A stretch of DNA of 63,250 nucleotides, counting the filler, from Octopus bimaculoides (lineage: Eukaryota): NCBI RefSeq assembly GCF_001194135.2. It is 5 parts of 4 records of this genome, joined end to end, with 100 filler letters (N's around TTAATTAATTAA, not from the genome) between each part and the next. Parts side by side here need not be neighbours in the genome. Positions count along the whole stretch, not along the records: positions 5,415 to 36,270 come from NC_068986.1; 4 more parts are not named here. One strand, 5' to 3'. The notes under the pieces were generated by a model. It did not search any database. It saw only the letters and a list, made by a program, of their open reading frames with translations, and was not told the DNA's origin. This document shows positions 13,002 to 24,499 of the stretch, piece after piece. The position numbers and the translations under genes are program-made. Within the stretch, counting starts at the first letter, position 1. The number at the start of each line of letters is the position of its first letter.

Positions 13002-13245
13002 ATGTAAAATACACCATTTTGAGCATGGCTGTTGCCAGTACCGCCTGATTGGCCTTCGTGCTGGTGGCACATAAAAAGTACCCACTACACTCTCAGAGTG
13101 GTTGGCGTTAGGAAGGGCATCCAGCTGTAGAAACTCTGCCAGATCAGATTGGAGCCTGGTGTAGCCATCTGGTTCACCAGTCCTCAGTCAAATCGTCCAA
13201 CCCATGCTAGCATGGAAAGAAGATGATGATGATGATGATGATGAC
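13002..13245 (+). mobile_element. family D element (RTE-LINE-type 3' tail ending in (GAT)n)
   Basis: CACTACACTCTC.GAGTGGTTGGCGTTAGGAAGGGCATCCAGC..CCAACCCATGCTAGCATGGAAAG..(GAT)n recurs at ~15622-15815(-), 17752-18090(-), 24780-24900(-), 26460-26860, 31665-31845, 41480-41860, 62251-62420. Confidence 0.85.
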
Positions 13246-13421
13246 GTAGGCACTTTCCTTTAAAACATTTTATTACATTTAAATTTCTATCTTACAATTA
13301 ACTAAATTAGCACACAATAATGGTTTCATATTTTATCATAATTAAGATGTAAACTTAATATACGAATGCGAAAGAGATAGTTGATTAACTTTAAACCTAC
13401 TTTTGGGCCACCCTGCATATA

Positions 13422-13459
<38 letters not shown>

Positions 13460-13823
13460 CACACACACACACACATACATACATATACACATCTATATAC
13501 ATATACACACACGTATGTGTATTTATAATAAGCTATATATAAAAACAATCTAACATTAAACTGAAGGATTATGCAACACTTTTAGTAGAGTACATATTTA
13601 TTAACACACCACTCAGTTCAGGAATTGAAACTGCAATCTTGCAATCAAAAGTGCAACACCCTAGCCACTAGGCCATGTGCCTTCACACATAATATAAATG
13701 TACCTTAAACATAATTCCCAAGACAAATTCACATGTAAATATTCGATACAAGATAGATTTCAATGTGCTTTTATCTATGCAATTTTTTCATTCCATGTCC
13801 ATCTCATTCATTGTTTACAATGT

Positions 13824-13854
<31 letters not shown>

Positions 13855-14270
13855 GATAGACACACACACGCTCCAGGTTTGATTTCTTTATTACACAAAT
13901 ACCACATTAAAATTTTGCAATTCAACATGGGGCATCCAAAAAATATGGGCATTATTTTGCTGGAACTCGCACACTTCATTAATTTACGTCAAAATTTTTT
14001 ATTTATTTTCTTTTTCATGCCATGTTCAGCTCTATGTATTTATAGTCAGTCGCACGTGCACATGTGTTTTTGCATGTATGTTTGTATATGTTTATGTATG
14101 GTGTGTGTGAGTAAAGGAGTGTGTTGTCGTATTCATACATACATAAATGCATATGCTTACATCTTTTTGTATGTGTGTGTGTGTGTGTGTGCGTGTATGT
14201 ATGTGCGTATGAGAGAGAGAGAGAGTGATGCCTAAGTGTCACTCACTCTCTCACACACGCACACATACAT

Positions 14271-14430
14271 GTGAAGGCGCATGGCTCAGTGGTTAGAGCA
14301 TCGAGCTTACGATCGTGAGGTTGTGAGTTCGAATCCCGGACCGGGCTGCGCGTTGTGTTCTTGAGCAAGACACTTTATTTCACGTTGCTCCAGTTCACTC
14401 AGCTGTAGAAATGAGTTGCAACATCATTTC
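14271..14430 (+). mobile_element. tRNA-derived SINE family F, 5' part
   Basis: A box TGGCTCAGTGG and B box GAGTTCGAATCC followed by non-tRNA body GTGTTCTTGAGCAAGACACTTTATTTCACG; longer copy at 56979-57350. Confidence 0.8.
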
Positions 14431-14742
14431 TAAAAGCAACTAAAAGATCTCGAATTTACAGGGCAGATGTAGTTGACAGGTGCCAGTTGAGTACCTGTAC
14501 TCAATTGGTACTACAGTTGATAAAGGGGAAGGCTGACTTTAGTGTGATTTGAACTCAAAACAGAAGCATACTCAACTAAATGCTGCAAGGTATTTTGGCC
14601 ATCACACTGGGCAAATCAGTCAATTTATAAATTTGCTAATAATATTCATTAAAATATCACATTGAAATGAAAAGCAATTTTCAGAAAGCATAACTAAATC
14701 TTACATAAGTAAAAGAAAATAAAAATCACCAAAACCAAATCA

Positions 14743-14915
14743 ATTTGGTGTAAACATCATTTATAAAGGTCAGTGTCATTGGTGTCATGTATAAACACAT
14801 GTGGTTTTCTGCAGTGCTGACCTTTATACAAGATGTTTACACCAAATAAACTTGGTGTAAACATCATCTAAGATAAAGGTCACAACTGGTGTTAAGATAA
14901 ACACATTAAGTTTTC
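14743..14915. repeat. inverted plus direct triplicated unit (A-A'-A)
   Basis: 14743-14773 and the reverse complement of 14817-14847 match at 29/31; third direct copy from 14851. Confidence 0.9.
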
Positions 14916-15141
14916 TTCAAAACAATAATTAATAGCAAACAGGGATTTTAAATGCAAAGACCTCAGCCAAAACTTAATGTAATATGAATGGGAATATGCA
15001 GCAGTGTTTGTTTATTTAACCAGAACAGCATGAACAAAAGGTATTAAATGAGTCGACAAAAAGACAAAAGGCCCTCCATGTGGTCACTCAAAGTCCTAGA
15101 AATAGTAGCCAAATCCTCAAATCATACCCTACTGTCTTCCA

Positions 15142-15318
15142 CCCTTAAGTATTCACATTATTCTGCTAAATGTAATGCTTATTTAATTCATGGTGTTTTG
15201 AATTAATCAGACATCATCTCATAGCTTTGAAGTTTTGATGATATGATTGTATATATTTAAAATGACACTGCAGAGTAGATGTGAGAGGTCAGATCTAGCT
15301 GGTTTAAATTCTAAAGGG
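15142..15318. mobile_element. piggyBac-type MITE copy (decayed)
   Basis: Homologous to 29083-29302; ends CTAAAGGG|TTAA. Confidence 0.7.
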
Positions 15319-16654
15319 TTAAGAAAGGAAGGACACATTGCAGTTGTAGAAAAATGGAATAGCCTCAGTGGTTGAAATGCTTTTGATTTTATATACTATC
15401 TCAGTCAAGGATAAAACAAAGTTTCAGAAAGCCAAATAAGCAACTTGCTTTCAATTTATAACTGTAACTGCTACATTTAGATTGCTAATATTTTTAAAAA
15501 AAGACAAGACAGCGAGCTGGCAGAAACGTTAGCACACCAGGCGAAATGCTCAGCAGTATTTCGTCTGTCTTTACGTTCTGAGTTCAAATTCTGCCAAAGT
15601 CAACTTTGTCTTTCATCCTTTCATCATCATCATTTAACGTCCGCTTTCCATGCTAGCATGGGTTGGACGATTTGACCGAGGACTGGTGCAACCGGATGGC
15701 TACACCAGGCTCCAATCTAATTTGGCAGAGTTTCTACAGCTGGATGCCCTTCCTAACGCCAACCACTCAGAGAGTGTAGTGGGTGCTTTTACGTGTCACC
15801 CGCACGAAAACAGCCACGCTGTCGATAAATTAAGTACCAGTTGTGTATTGGGAGTGAACTAATCAGCTGGCCCGCTCCNNNNNNNNNNNNNNNNNNNNNN
15901 NNNNNNNNNNNNNNNNNNNNNNNNNNNNNNNNNNNNNNNNNNNNNNNNNNNNNNNNNNNNNNNNNNNNNNNNNNNNNNNNNNNNNNNNNNNNNNNNNNNN
16001 NNNNNNNNNNNNNNNNNNNNNNNNNNNNNNNNNNNNNNNNNNNNNNNNNNNNNNNNNNNNNNNNNNNNNNNNNNNNNNNNNNNNNNNNNNNNNNNNNNNN
16101 NNNNNNNNNNNNNNNNNNNNNNNNNNNNNNNNNNNNNNNNNNNNNNNNNNNNNNNNNNNNNNNNNNNNNNNNNNNNNNNNNNNNNNNNNNNNNNNNNNNN
16201 NNNNNNNNNNNNNNNNNNNNNNNNNNNNNNNNNNNNNNNNNNNNNNNNNNNNNNNNNNNNNNNNNNNNNNNNNNNNNNNNNNNNNNNNNNNNNNNNNNNN
16301 NNNNNNNNNNNNNNNNNNNNNNNNNNNNNNNNNNNNNNNNNNNNNNNNNNNNNNNNNNNNNNNNNNNNNNNNNNNNNNNNNNNNNNNNNNNNNNNNNNNN
16401 NNNNNNNNNNNNNNNNNNNNNNNNNNNNNNNNNNNNNNNNNNNNNNNNNNNNNNNNNNNNNNNNNNNNNNNNNNNNNNNNNNNNNNNNNNNNNNNNNNNN
16501 NNNNNNNNNNNNNNNNNNNNNNNNNNNNNNNNNNNNNNNNNNNNNNNNNNNNNNNNNNNNNNNNNNNNNNNNNNNNNNNNNNNNNNNNNNNNNNNNNNNN
16601 NNNNNNNNNNNNNNNNNNNNNNNNNNNNNNNNNNNNNNNNNNNNNNNNNNNNNN

Positions 16655-16696
<42 letters not shown>

Positions 16697-17394
16697 GACG
16701 GGCTTCTTTTAGTTTCCGTCTACCAAATCCACTCACTAGGCTTTGGTCAGCCCAAGGGTATAGCCCACTTCACAGCATGGACTGGGTGCTTTTTTCATGC
16801 CATCCACGCTACTGAGGTCACCATGCAGTTCTCAGGACTACAAGTCTTGCAGGATGGGGATCAGCTTCATGTTAGGGGACGATGAGCTTACTATGAGAGT
16901 CGATGGGGTGCAGTGCAGATTCCTGGAGAAAGATCTACATGGCTACTCACATCTAGTAGGGGAAAAAGGGAAAGACAGAAATAGAAAATGATCAATAGAA
17001 GCTGCAAGATAGATAATGGTGACTAAGTGCTCAGGTGGTCCCACAAGGCACAAGATGAGTAGAAGTGGATGGGTAGGTGGTTTGCAAGATTATATGGGAA
17101 GGCGAATGAAGAGTAGGGAAAGCGACTGCTAGAATGGGTAGAGCTGAAGGGTGGATGAAGCAAGATCCAGGAGCTGGGGAAGATAGAGGGATGCAGAAAA
17201 TTGGGAGCAGTGAGTAGCAGGGATAATAATAATGATACATTCACTGAAGGTGGGGAGGACAAAAGAGGGATATGATATGGCTGGGTAGTCTATGGAACTA
17301 AGGCAGAAGGGGAAGAGGCAGGCTTAATGCATGAGGTATGGCAAGTGTCACTAAAACAGGTGGAGAAATATATTATTCTTTTACTTGTTTCAGT

Positions 17395-17745
17395 AATTTT
17401 GACTGCAGCCATGCTGGAGCATGGCTTCTAGTCGAACAAATCGACCCCAGAACTTATTTTTTGTAAGCCTGGAACTTATTCTATCGGTATCTTTTGCCAA
17501 ACTGCTAAGTTACAGAGACATAAACACAACAACATTGGTTGTCAAGCAATGGTGGGTAGACAAACACAGACACACAAACATATATATACAACGGGCTTCT
17601 TTTAGTTTTCGTCTACCAAATCCACTCACTAGGCTTTGGTCGGCCCGAGGCTATAGTAAGAGACACTTACCCAAGGTGCCCCCAGTGAGACTGAGACCAA
17701 AACCATGTGGTTAGGAAACAAGCTTCTTACCACACAGCCACTCCT
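17395..17745 (-). mobile_element. SINE family A (tRNA-like head, core, internal CA/TA microsatellite, 3' body)
   Basis: Recurs at ~19325-19465, 27975-28357, 43270-43440, 43505-43815, 47545-47942, 48795-49010, 57360-57860 (all -) and 55145-55515, 56649-56940, 62095-62250, 63054-63210 (+). Confidence 0.85.
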
Positions 17746-18327
17746 GCACATTTCATCATCATCATCATCATCGTTTAACGTCCGCCTTCCATGCTAGCAT
17801 GGGTTGGACGATTTGACTGAGGACTGGTGAACAAGATGGCTGCACCAGGCTCCAATCTGATCTGGCATAGTTTCTACAGCTGGATGCCCTTCCTAATGCT
17901 AACCACTCCGAGAGTGTAGTGGGTGCTTTTACGTGCCACTGGCACGAGGGCCAGTCACATGGTACTGGCAACGGCCACACTCAAAAAAGGTGTATTTTTA
18001 CGTGCCACCTGCACGGGAGCCAGTCCAGCAGCACTAGCAACGACCTCACTCAAATGATTTTCTAACATGCCACCAGCACAAGTGCTAGAAGGCAATGAAT
18101 GACAAACAGGATTTAAGTAGTGATCTTCATTAGCTTACAACTGTTTCAACCATTGGAAGCAGTGCTCTTAGAGCTGAGTACCTATGCAACATCCTATTAC
18201 TTCCTCAGAGCCATCAAAAAGCATAAGTATACATCATTTAAATAACAGAAGAATATAAACAAAAACAAGTACACATAAAAATTAAGCAATAACAGAATAA
18301 AAGAACTAATATGTTCATAATACTTAC

Positions 18328-18509
18328 GCTTCCCCAACATTGAAGATCCTGTATTCTACAGTTACATCTTTTCCTTCAACCAAATATTGATTCATAACAT
18401 TCTTAGATGCTAACAATCTGGCAACTTTCTCCTCTTCTGCTCCCAACGTCAGGGCAAACAGACACAAGAAACTTAAGAAAACACTCAGTAAGGACAGGGA
18501 ATTCATCAT
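18328..18509 (-). CDS. SSR2: SSR2 / TRAP-beta exon 2, first coding exon (signal peptide + ARLLASKNVMNQYLVEGKDVTVEYRIFNVGE)
   Basis: 182 nt; TTTTCAG|ATG acceptor directly before the start codon, GTAAGT donor in phase 2; matches human [30 protein letters not shown]. Confidence 0.95.
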
Positions 18510-18600
18510 CTGAAAATTACACAAATAACTGAAGTGAAATAACATTGAAACATAAGTTTGTTATATTTAAAAAAATCTTTTTTTTAAATGTCAAAGAAAA

Positions 18601-19105
18601 GAATTGCAAGACAAATTCTTCAGCAGGAGACCCAGAAAGGATTGCAAAACAGATTCTTCAGCAGGAGACCCAGAAAGGATTGCAAAACAGATTCTTCAGC
18701 AGGAGACGNNNNNNNNNNNNNNNNNNNNNNNNNNNNNNNNNNNNNNNNNNNNNNNNNNNNNNNNNNNNNNNNNNNNNNNNNNNNNNNNNNNNNNNNNNNN
18801 NNNNNNNNNNNNNNNNNNNNNNNNNNNNNNNNNNNNNNNNNNNNNNNNNNNNNNNNNNNNNNNNNNNNNNNNNNNNNNNNNNNNNNNNNNNNNNNNNNNN
18901 NNNNNNNNNNNAAGTTTGTTATATTTAAAAAAATCTTTTTTTTAAATGTCAAAGAAAAGAATTGCAAGACAAATTCTTCAGCAGGAGACCCAGAAAGGAT
19001 TGCAAAACAGATTCTTCAGCAGGAGACCCAGAAAGGATTGCAAAACAGATTCTTCAGCAGGAGACCCAGAAAGGATTGCAAAACAGATTCTTCAGCAGGA
19101 GACGA
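18601..19105. repeat. 38-bp minisatellite (TTCTTCAGCAGGAGACCCAGAAAGGATTGCAAAACAGA), shown twice around an N gap
   Basis: Period 38 (18616 to 18654); ~3 units left and ~4 units right of the gap, with the same unique leader repeated at ~18555 and ~18912. Confidence 0.9.
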
Positions 19106-20930
19106 GATGGTGGAATATCCATAGTCTAAACTGGTCATATTTATGAATTCAGCCAGAAAGTGTAATGACGGTTGCTTCTAAGACCCTATGGAGGTGCTTG
19201 AGGACTCTACCCCAACAACCCTTTCAGGAATAATGAATAGGAGCTGGAGGGGGGGATTAAAAAATATAATTCAAACAAATTCAAATTTGGAGAAATGCCA
19301 AACATTATATCATGTAACAAGAAAACTGTTCTTATCTACCAAATCCACTTACAAGGCTTTGGTCAACCCAAGGCTATAGTAGAAGCCACTTGCCCAAGGT
19401 GCCACAGCGGGACTGAACTCAGAACCATGTGACTGGAAACAAACTTCTTACCACAGAGCCACACCTAATGTAACTGTTGCAGGGTATTAGTGAGAAACAA
19501 ACAACAAATTCAATGACAGTCACAGAAAGCATTATATCTGAGAAAGAATTCAACAGAAATTTTAGTAGTTGATCTGTAATGTGCACAGAAGATGAGAAAA
19601 GAAAAATTGGATGTGTCTAATGTATTTATATGCATAGCTTAAGCGTCAACAAGTTCAGAGAAGCGGAAATTATTACAATAGCTGTAGGAGAAACAAAAGA
19701 TATTCTTCAATGGAAACAACCATGTCACCTCACCTGTCTTAGAGGGTCTGAAAAGTCAATGGTCATTCCACACCAAACCTACAGAAAGGTGAGCAGAGTT
19801 TGGAGAATGTTTGGGAATGAAGGCTTGCCAATCAGGCTGGTAGCCTTTTTTTGATGCAGTATGGAATGCATCTATCTACATGTGTAATGCATGTGTAATG
19901 TAGCTGCACTTAGATTTCCAGTAATCCAAAGAGATTAATTTACAAAAACATTTCATGTCAACTGCAGCTTCAGTTGTAAATAATTCTTAGTAACAGGAAA
20001 TGTGTTTTTATATCAAATGCATTTTTTAACAAAATTTTTTTTGAATATTATTTAGCTGAAAAAACTAGGGCATGACTTATAGATGGGGCAAAGCTGTGCT
20101 TGAGAAGACCTTACAAGCCAAGTGAGATCGTAGTCGTGGCTGATGCCAGTGTTGCGTAACTGGCACATAAAAATCACCCCTCAAACGTTGGGTGATATGT
20201 TGTGCTTGAGAAGACCTTTCAAGCCAAGTGAGATCGTAGCTGTGGCCAATGCCAGTGCAGTTTGACTGGCACAACTACTGTTGAGAAAAATAACTAATAT
20301 CTTGGAGTATCTAATAAAACAATCTTCTGAATACAAGAATCTGCAACTCTAAGAGTTGAAAAGTTGTGATTACGAATCCTGTGAATGGAACATACATGTC
20401 TATTGAGAATAATGAAAGGAAAAAAATAAGGTAAGATTTATTGCAGTCTACAACATTCACATTGTACAATATAGTTTTCGAAATAAGGCCTAAATAATTA
20501 AGGAGATATATTAGATGGCCAACAGTTACAGAACATGGGGATAAAAAAATATATATTGAACTATTTTCTGATTAAGTTAGAATAAATTAATAATATTTCA
20601 GAAGGATTTGGATGGCAAATCAGTAGAGCACCAAGGAAAATGTTTTGTGGTATTTAGTTACATCTCTTTCAGTTCTGAATTAAAATTGTACCAAGATCAA
20701 CTCCACTTTCCATTTTGCCAAGATCATATGTAAGCCAATTATGAAATTACTCAACATCCTTGTTGACAAAAAGTAAAATTAACCAAATCACCATCAAATA
20801 ACACTCTACTGCTTTAAAAATGGAGGAACACATAAGGCAATGGTAGATAATCCAATAGCATAAAAAGACAGGTTGATCACACCTGAAATAATTTTGATCA
20901 TAAGCCTGCTTGTTCAAGCATAACTTAGGC

Positions 20931-21114
20931 CAGGGGTCTCCAAACTGTTTAGACCATCGACCCCTTCATGGAATCCTTGACCCTCATCGACCCCCAGGCA
21001 TGCACAAGAAAATAAATAAATTATAATAACAATTAAGTAGGCGTGCATTTATTGACCCCTTGAATAGTCCCATCGATCCCTAGGGGTCGATATCAACCAC
21101 TTTGGAGACCCCTG
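20931..21114. mobile_element. hAT-type MITE
   Basis: Perfect 14-bp TIR CAGGGGTCTCCAAA; 8-bp flanks ACTTAGGC / ATTTAGGC (7/8); internal repeated CATCGACCCC motifs. Confidence 0.9.
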
Positions 21115-22484
21115 ATTTAGGCCAAAGAACAACAATAGTTGATTAGTGTAACCTACATAGAGCCAGATAGATTGAGCAATTGTGCTAGATGTAACAGAAC
21201 ACTGCTATCTGATAGTTCTGAATGTTTAACAAATTAAAAACAGGAAAAAAAAAAAGTTATAAACTTATAATGATTATCTTTTCAAGTCAAACTTGTTTTC
21301 TCCCTTACATGTGCAAGTGAAGATAATTTGGTAAATTTTTACCGATAATTTTGTCCCGTGTTAGAAGGCCATCATTTTGAGATTGGGAAATATCTCCAAA
21401 ACCACGAGTTACCTGTTGATTTGCCATTATTGAATTCCTTGTTTTATGATTTGAGAAATAACAACAAAAATAAATGTGCAATATTGCGTTAAAAAGAATA
21501 TGGAATACAAAATAATAATTTCAGTAATATTTTACACAGCGAAATAATTGGAAAATATTTTTTGTAACTATATTCCCAAATGTTGAGTAAATCTAAACTT
21601 AGAAGGTACTGCCAATTGTTTCATGTAATTGAATGGTTGAAGCGTGTTTTTGTCCCTAAATTAACAAATTGATAAACATTTTTCAATGAAAATATGTTGT
21701 CTGCTTAAAAAGCTGTCTCAAAGGGCCTACACAGTCAGCATTTTTGTCTGCAGTTCTTGAAAATTATTCGCGATTTGGTATCTATAGCTAAACACTGCGA
21801 TTGATATTTTCAAATGGAACAAATATCAATTCACAACTGGCAAGAAATAACGAATATTTAGGTAATTCTGGGGGAAATTTGTAGAAAAATTAAAAAATAA
21901 AAACGAAAAATCGAATGATAATTTAACAAGTCAGACGTTCTTACAAACGATAAAACTATTCTTAATAATTATTTTCGTTGATTTGGTGAAAAAGCAATAT
22001 CTTCTCATTAAATAGGAGCCAAATATTGGTGTAGAATAATGTAGACCCAATGAATGAACATTTCAACTGAGAAACGTGCGATTCTGTTGATGATTTGAAC
22101 CGATTGAATAATAAATGTAGTCAAGTGGAAATACTGCTCTTTTATTATATTTTTGATTTCATAGTAAAGCGGATTTTGTTTATGTTTACGAAGTTTACTA
22201 AACGTAAACGGTCGCAGATTAAACAGTTATATTTACGAAGGACCATGAGACCCAAACGTTTGCCTTAAGTTAAATGCCACGTAAGCATTAGCATCAACAA
22301 TAACAGATGCGAGCTTTAAGTTGACTCGAAGTAATCGATATATCCCAGGGGAAATTATGATAAATGATAGAATAACACCGATTCGTGTAATATAATATTG
22401 AAGAATTTAAACAATATGTTCAACAAAACTGATCAAATCTGTAAATATATGAGAAACACGAAGGAGGAGTGTCAATGAACTTAC

Positions 22485-22512
22485 GATGACCGGTGTTGGC
22501 AGTGTGGAAAAG
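22485..22512 (-). other. SSR2: probable non-coding exon 1 of SSR2
   Basis: Minus strand TTCTTTTCCACACTGCCAACACCGGTCATC|GTAAGT: consensus donor, TCT-initiator-like start; exon 2 starts at ATG so an upstream UTR exon is required. Start position inferred. Confidence 0.55.
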
Positions 22513-22808
22513 AACGTGGCATTATGGGAACATTGATATTAACATTTACAAATATGTAATTTACTGCGATATTGAGTTAAGTTGTTTTTTTTTATCACAA
22601 ATCAATTCTAAAAGACAGACGTATAAAATCCTTCCTAAAATATTTAAATATAACTGATTGTTCTATTGTACTCAAACTCTAAATCTAAAATTTTTAGTAA
22701 TGAAAAGAAATATTTATTTCTTCTCTGATTTAGTGCGAAGCTATCATTGTATTGCAGTGCTTCCGGTTATGGCTGCTCCCTGTTGTTTGTGAAATTTTGC
22801 TATTCACA
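22513..22808. promoter_or_regulatory. putative bidirectional promoter SSR2 / MRPL34
   Basis: Short repeat-free interval between divergent first exons; ETS-like CTTCCGG at 22760-22766. Confidence 0.55.
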
Positions 22809-22864
22809 ATGTCAAAGTTATTTTATAAATTATCAGCCGTATCATCGACTGGACTGATTCCTAG
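22809..22864 (+). CDS. MRPL34: MRPL34 exon 1 (MSKLFYKLSAVSSTGLIP-R, mitochondrial-presequence-like)
   Basis: ATG at 22809, AG|GTAAGT donor in phase 2, compatible with the phase of exon 2; Ser/Lys/Leu-rich with no acidic residues. Confidence 0.75.
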
Positions 22865-24499
22865 GTAAGTTTTATGCACCTTATTTAAACTGACAAACTG
22901 GATATCGTCTAACAGACAAATTTTGCATTAATTATTATGCCTCGTATGTGTTTGTCCTTCACATGTTCCCTACGAAAACTTGTTTAACCCCAGGTCAGCC
23001 GTGATCGAGCAAATCTTATTATCAACATTATTGCAACTGTGACCACTTCGTCTTTTTCTTTTTCCGGCGGAGACGGACTATATGTAATCTGAACCTTTCC
23101 CCCCATTATTTATCTTTTTTTTTTTTTTTTNNNNNNNNNNNNNNNNNNNNNNNNNNNNNNNNNNNNNNNNNNNNNNNNNNNNNNNNNNNNNNNNNNNNNN
23201 NNNNNNNNNNNNNNNNNNNNNNNNNNNNNNNNNNNNNNNNNNNNNNNNNNNNNNNNNNNNNNNNNNNNNNNNNNNNNNNNNNNNNNNNNNNNNNNNNNNN
23301 NNNNNNNNNNNNNNNNNNNNNNNNNNNNNNNNNNNNNNNNNNNNNNNNNNNNNNNNNNNNNNNNNNNNNNNNNNNNNNNNNNNNNNNNNNNNNNNNNNNN
23401 NNNNNNNNNNNNNNNNNNNNNNNNNNNNNNNNNNNNNNNNNNNNNNNNNNNNNNNNNNNNNNNNNNNNNNNNNNNNNNNNNNNNNNNNNNNNNNNNNNNN
23501 NNNNNNNNNNNNNNNNNNNNNNNNNNNNNNNNNNNNNNNNNNNNNNNNNNNNNNNNNNNNNNNNNNNNNNNNNNNNNNNNNNNNNNNNNNNNNNNNNNNN
23601 NNNNNNNNNNNNNNNNNNNNNNNNNNNNNNNNNNNNNNNNNNNNNNNNGCGTCCAACTGACTGTCTTGTCAAATTCCCCTTTTTTATACCTGCTGCTAGG
23701 CTCCAGCGGGCTGCCCCAGCAAGTTGTCACGTGACACTGTCTAAATTTCCCGCTGCTAGTGTCCAGTAGGTAGCTCCAGCAAATTATGAATTCACGCATG
23801 TTCTAATCTATATTTCTTTTCTTCTCCAAAGAACACAAACAGTTTTTACGTTTTTTTTAATAGTGGGTGGGGCAAAATTAGTAACCGGGGTAAAGTGAGT
23901 AATTTTTGATTTCTCGTTATTTCCCCCCCCCCCCCATTGCAAGTATTGCTTCATCTTGAGAAGTAATACTTGGTCAGCATCATTGTTGTTCAAGTTGAGA
24001 GAGTCCGATATATATTCAGGTGACTGGTACTTTTGTTTCAAGAAATTTTCCTCAACTTTCCACGTAATTGAGATTGCTAATAAAGTAACCATTAGGGCAT
24101 TATGCATTCATATTTTGCAACTGCATACATTTCCTGCATGGCATGCTTTCTAGGCTGTCGTTCTTTACCCAGGTCAATTCTGATCAAACAGACTAGTGGT
24201 CAGTAGCATTGGAACTGTGATCAACTTTTTTTTTTTCTTTTTAGTTCTTAGAATAATGGGTGAGAACATAATTTTAGTGTTATAAAATCTTTAGCATGAT
24301 CGATTACTGGCCTACTGTTAGGTTTTATCTTCCTGTAACCAATAAAATAGTCACAAGCAGACCGATAGAAGACCCTCTCCAAGGACACTCAGCCTACAAA
24401 AAATAACAGTCGAGTCTCACTCAATAGTCTTAGAAAAAAGAAAGGACGGACCTATTGCTTATTGCATATCTAGATACACTATTATCATCCTTACATTAT

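Noticed and set aside
14271-14345. Possible tRNA gene
   Set aside because: A and B boxes present but no proper acceptor or anticodon stems; continues into a SINE body.
16900-16985. Polypyrimidine tract plus TAG on the minus strand as candidate SSR2 exon 3
   Set aside because: Following sequence has an immediate stop in the required phase and no TRAP-beta similarity.
18588-19146. Repetitive ORFs (QILQQETQKGLQNRFFSRRPRKDCKTDSSAGDPERIAK) and a CRISPR-like look
   Set aside because: A 38-bp contiguous minisatellite cycling through frames; no spacers; inside an SSR2 intron.
19630-19860. Possible transposase fragment (VWCGMT on minus strand)
   Set aside because: Single short motif; no supporting DDE residues or TIRs found.
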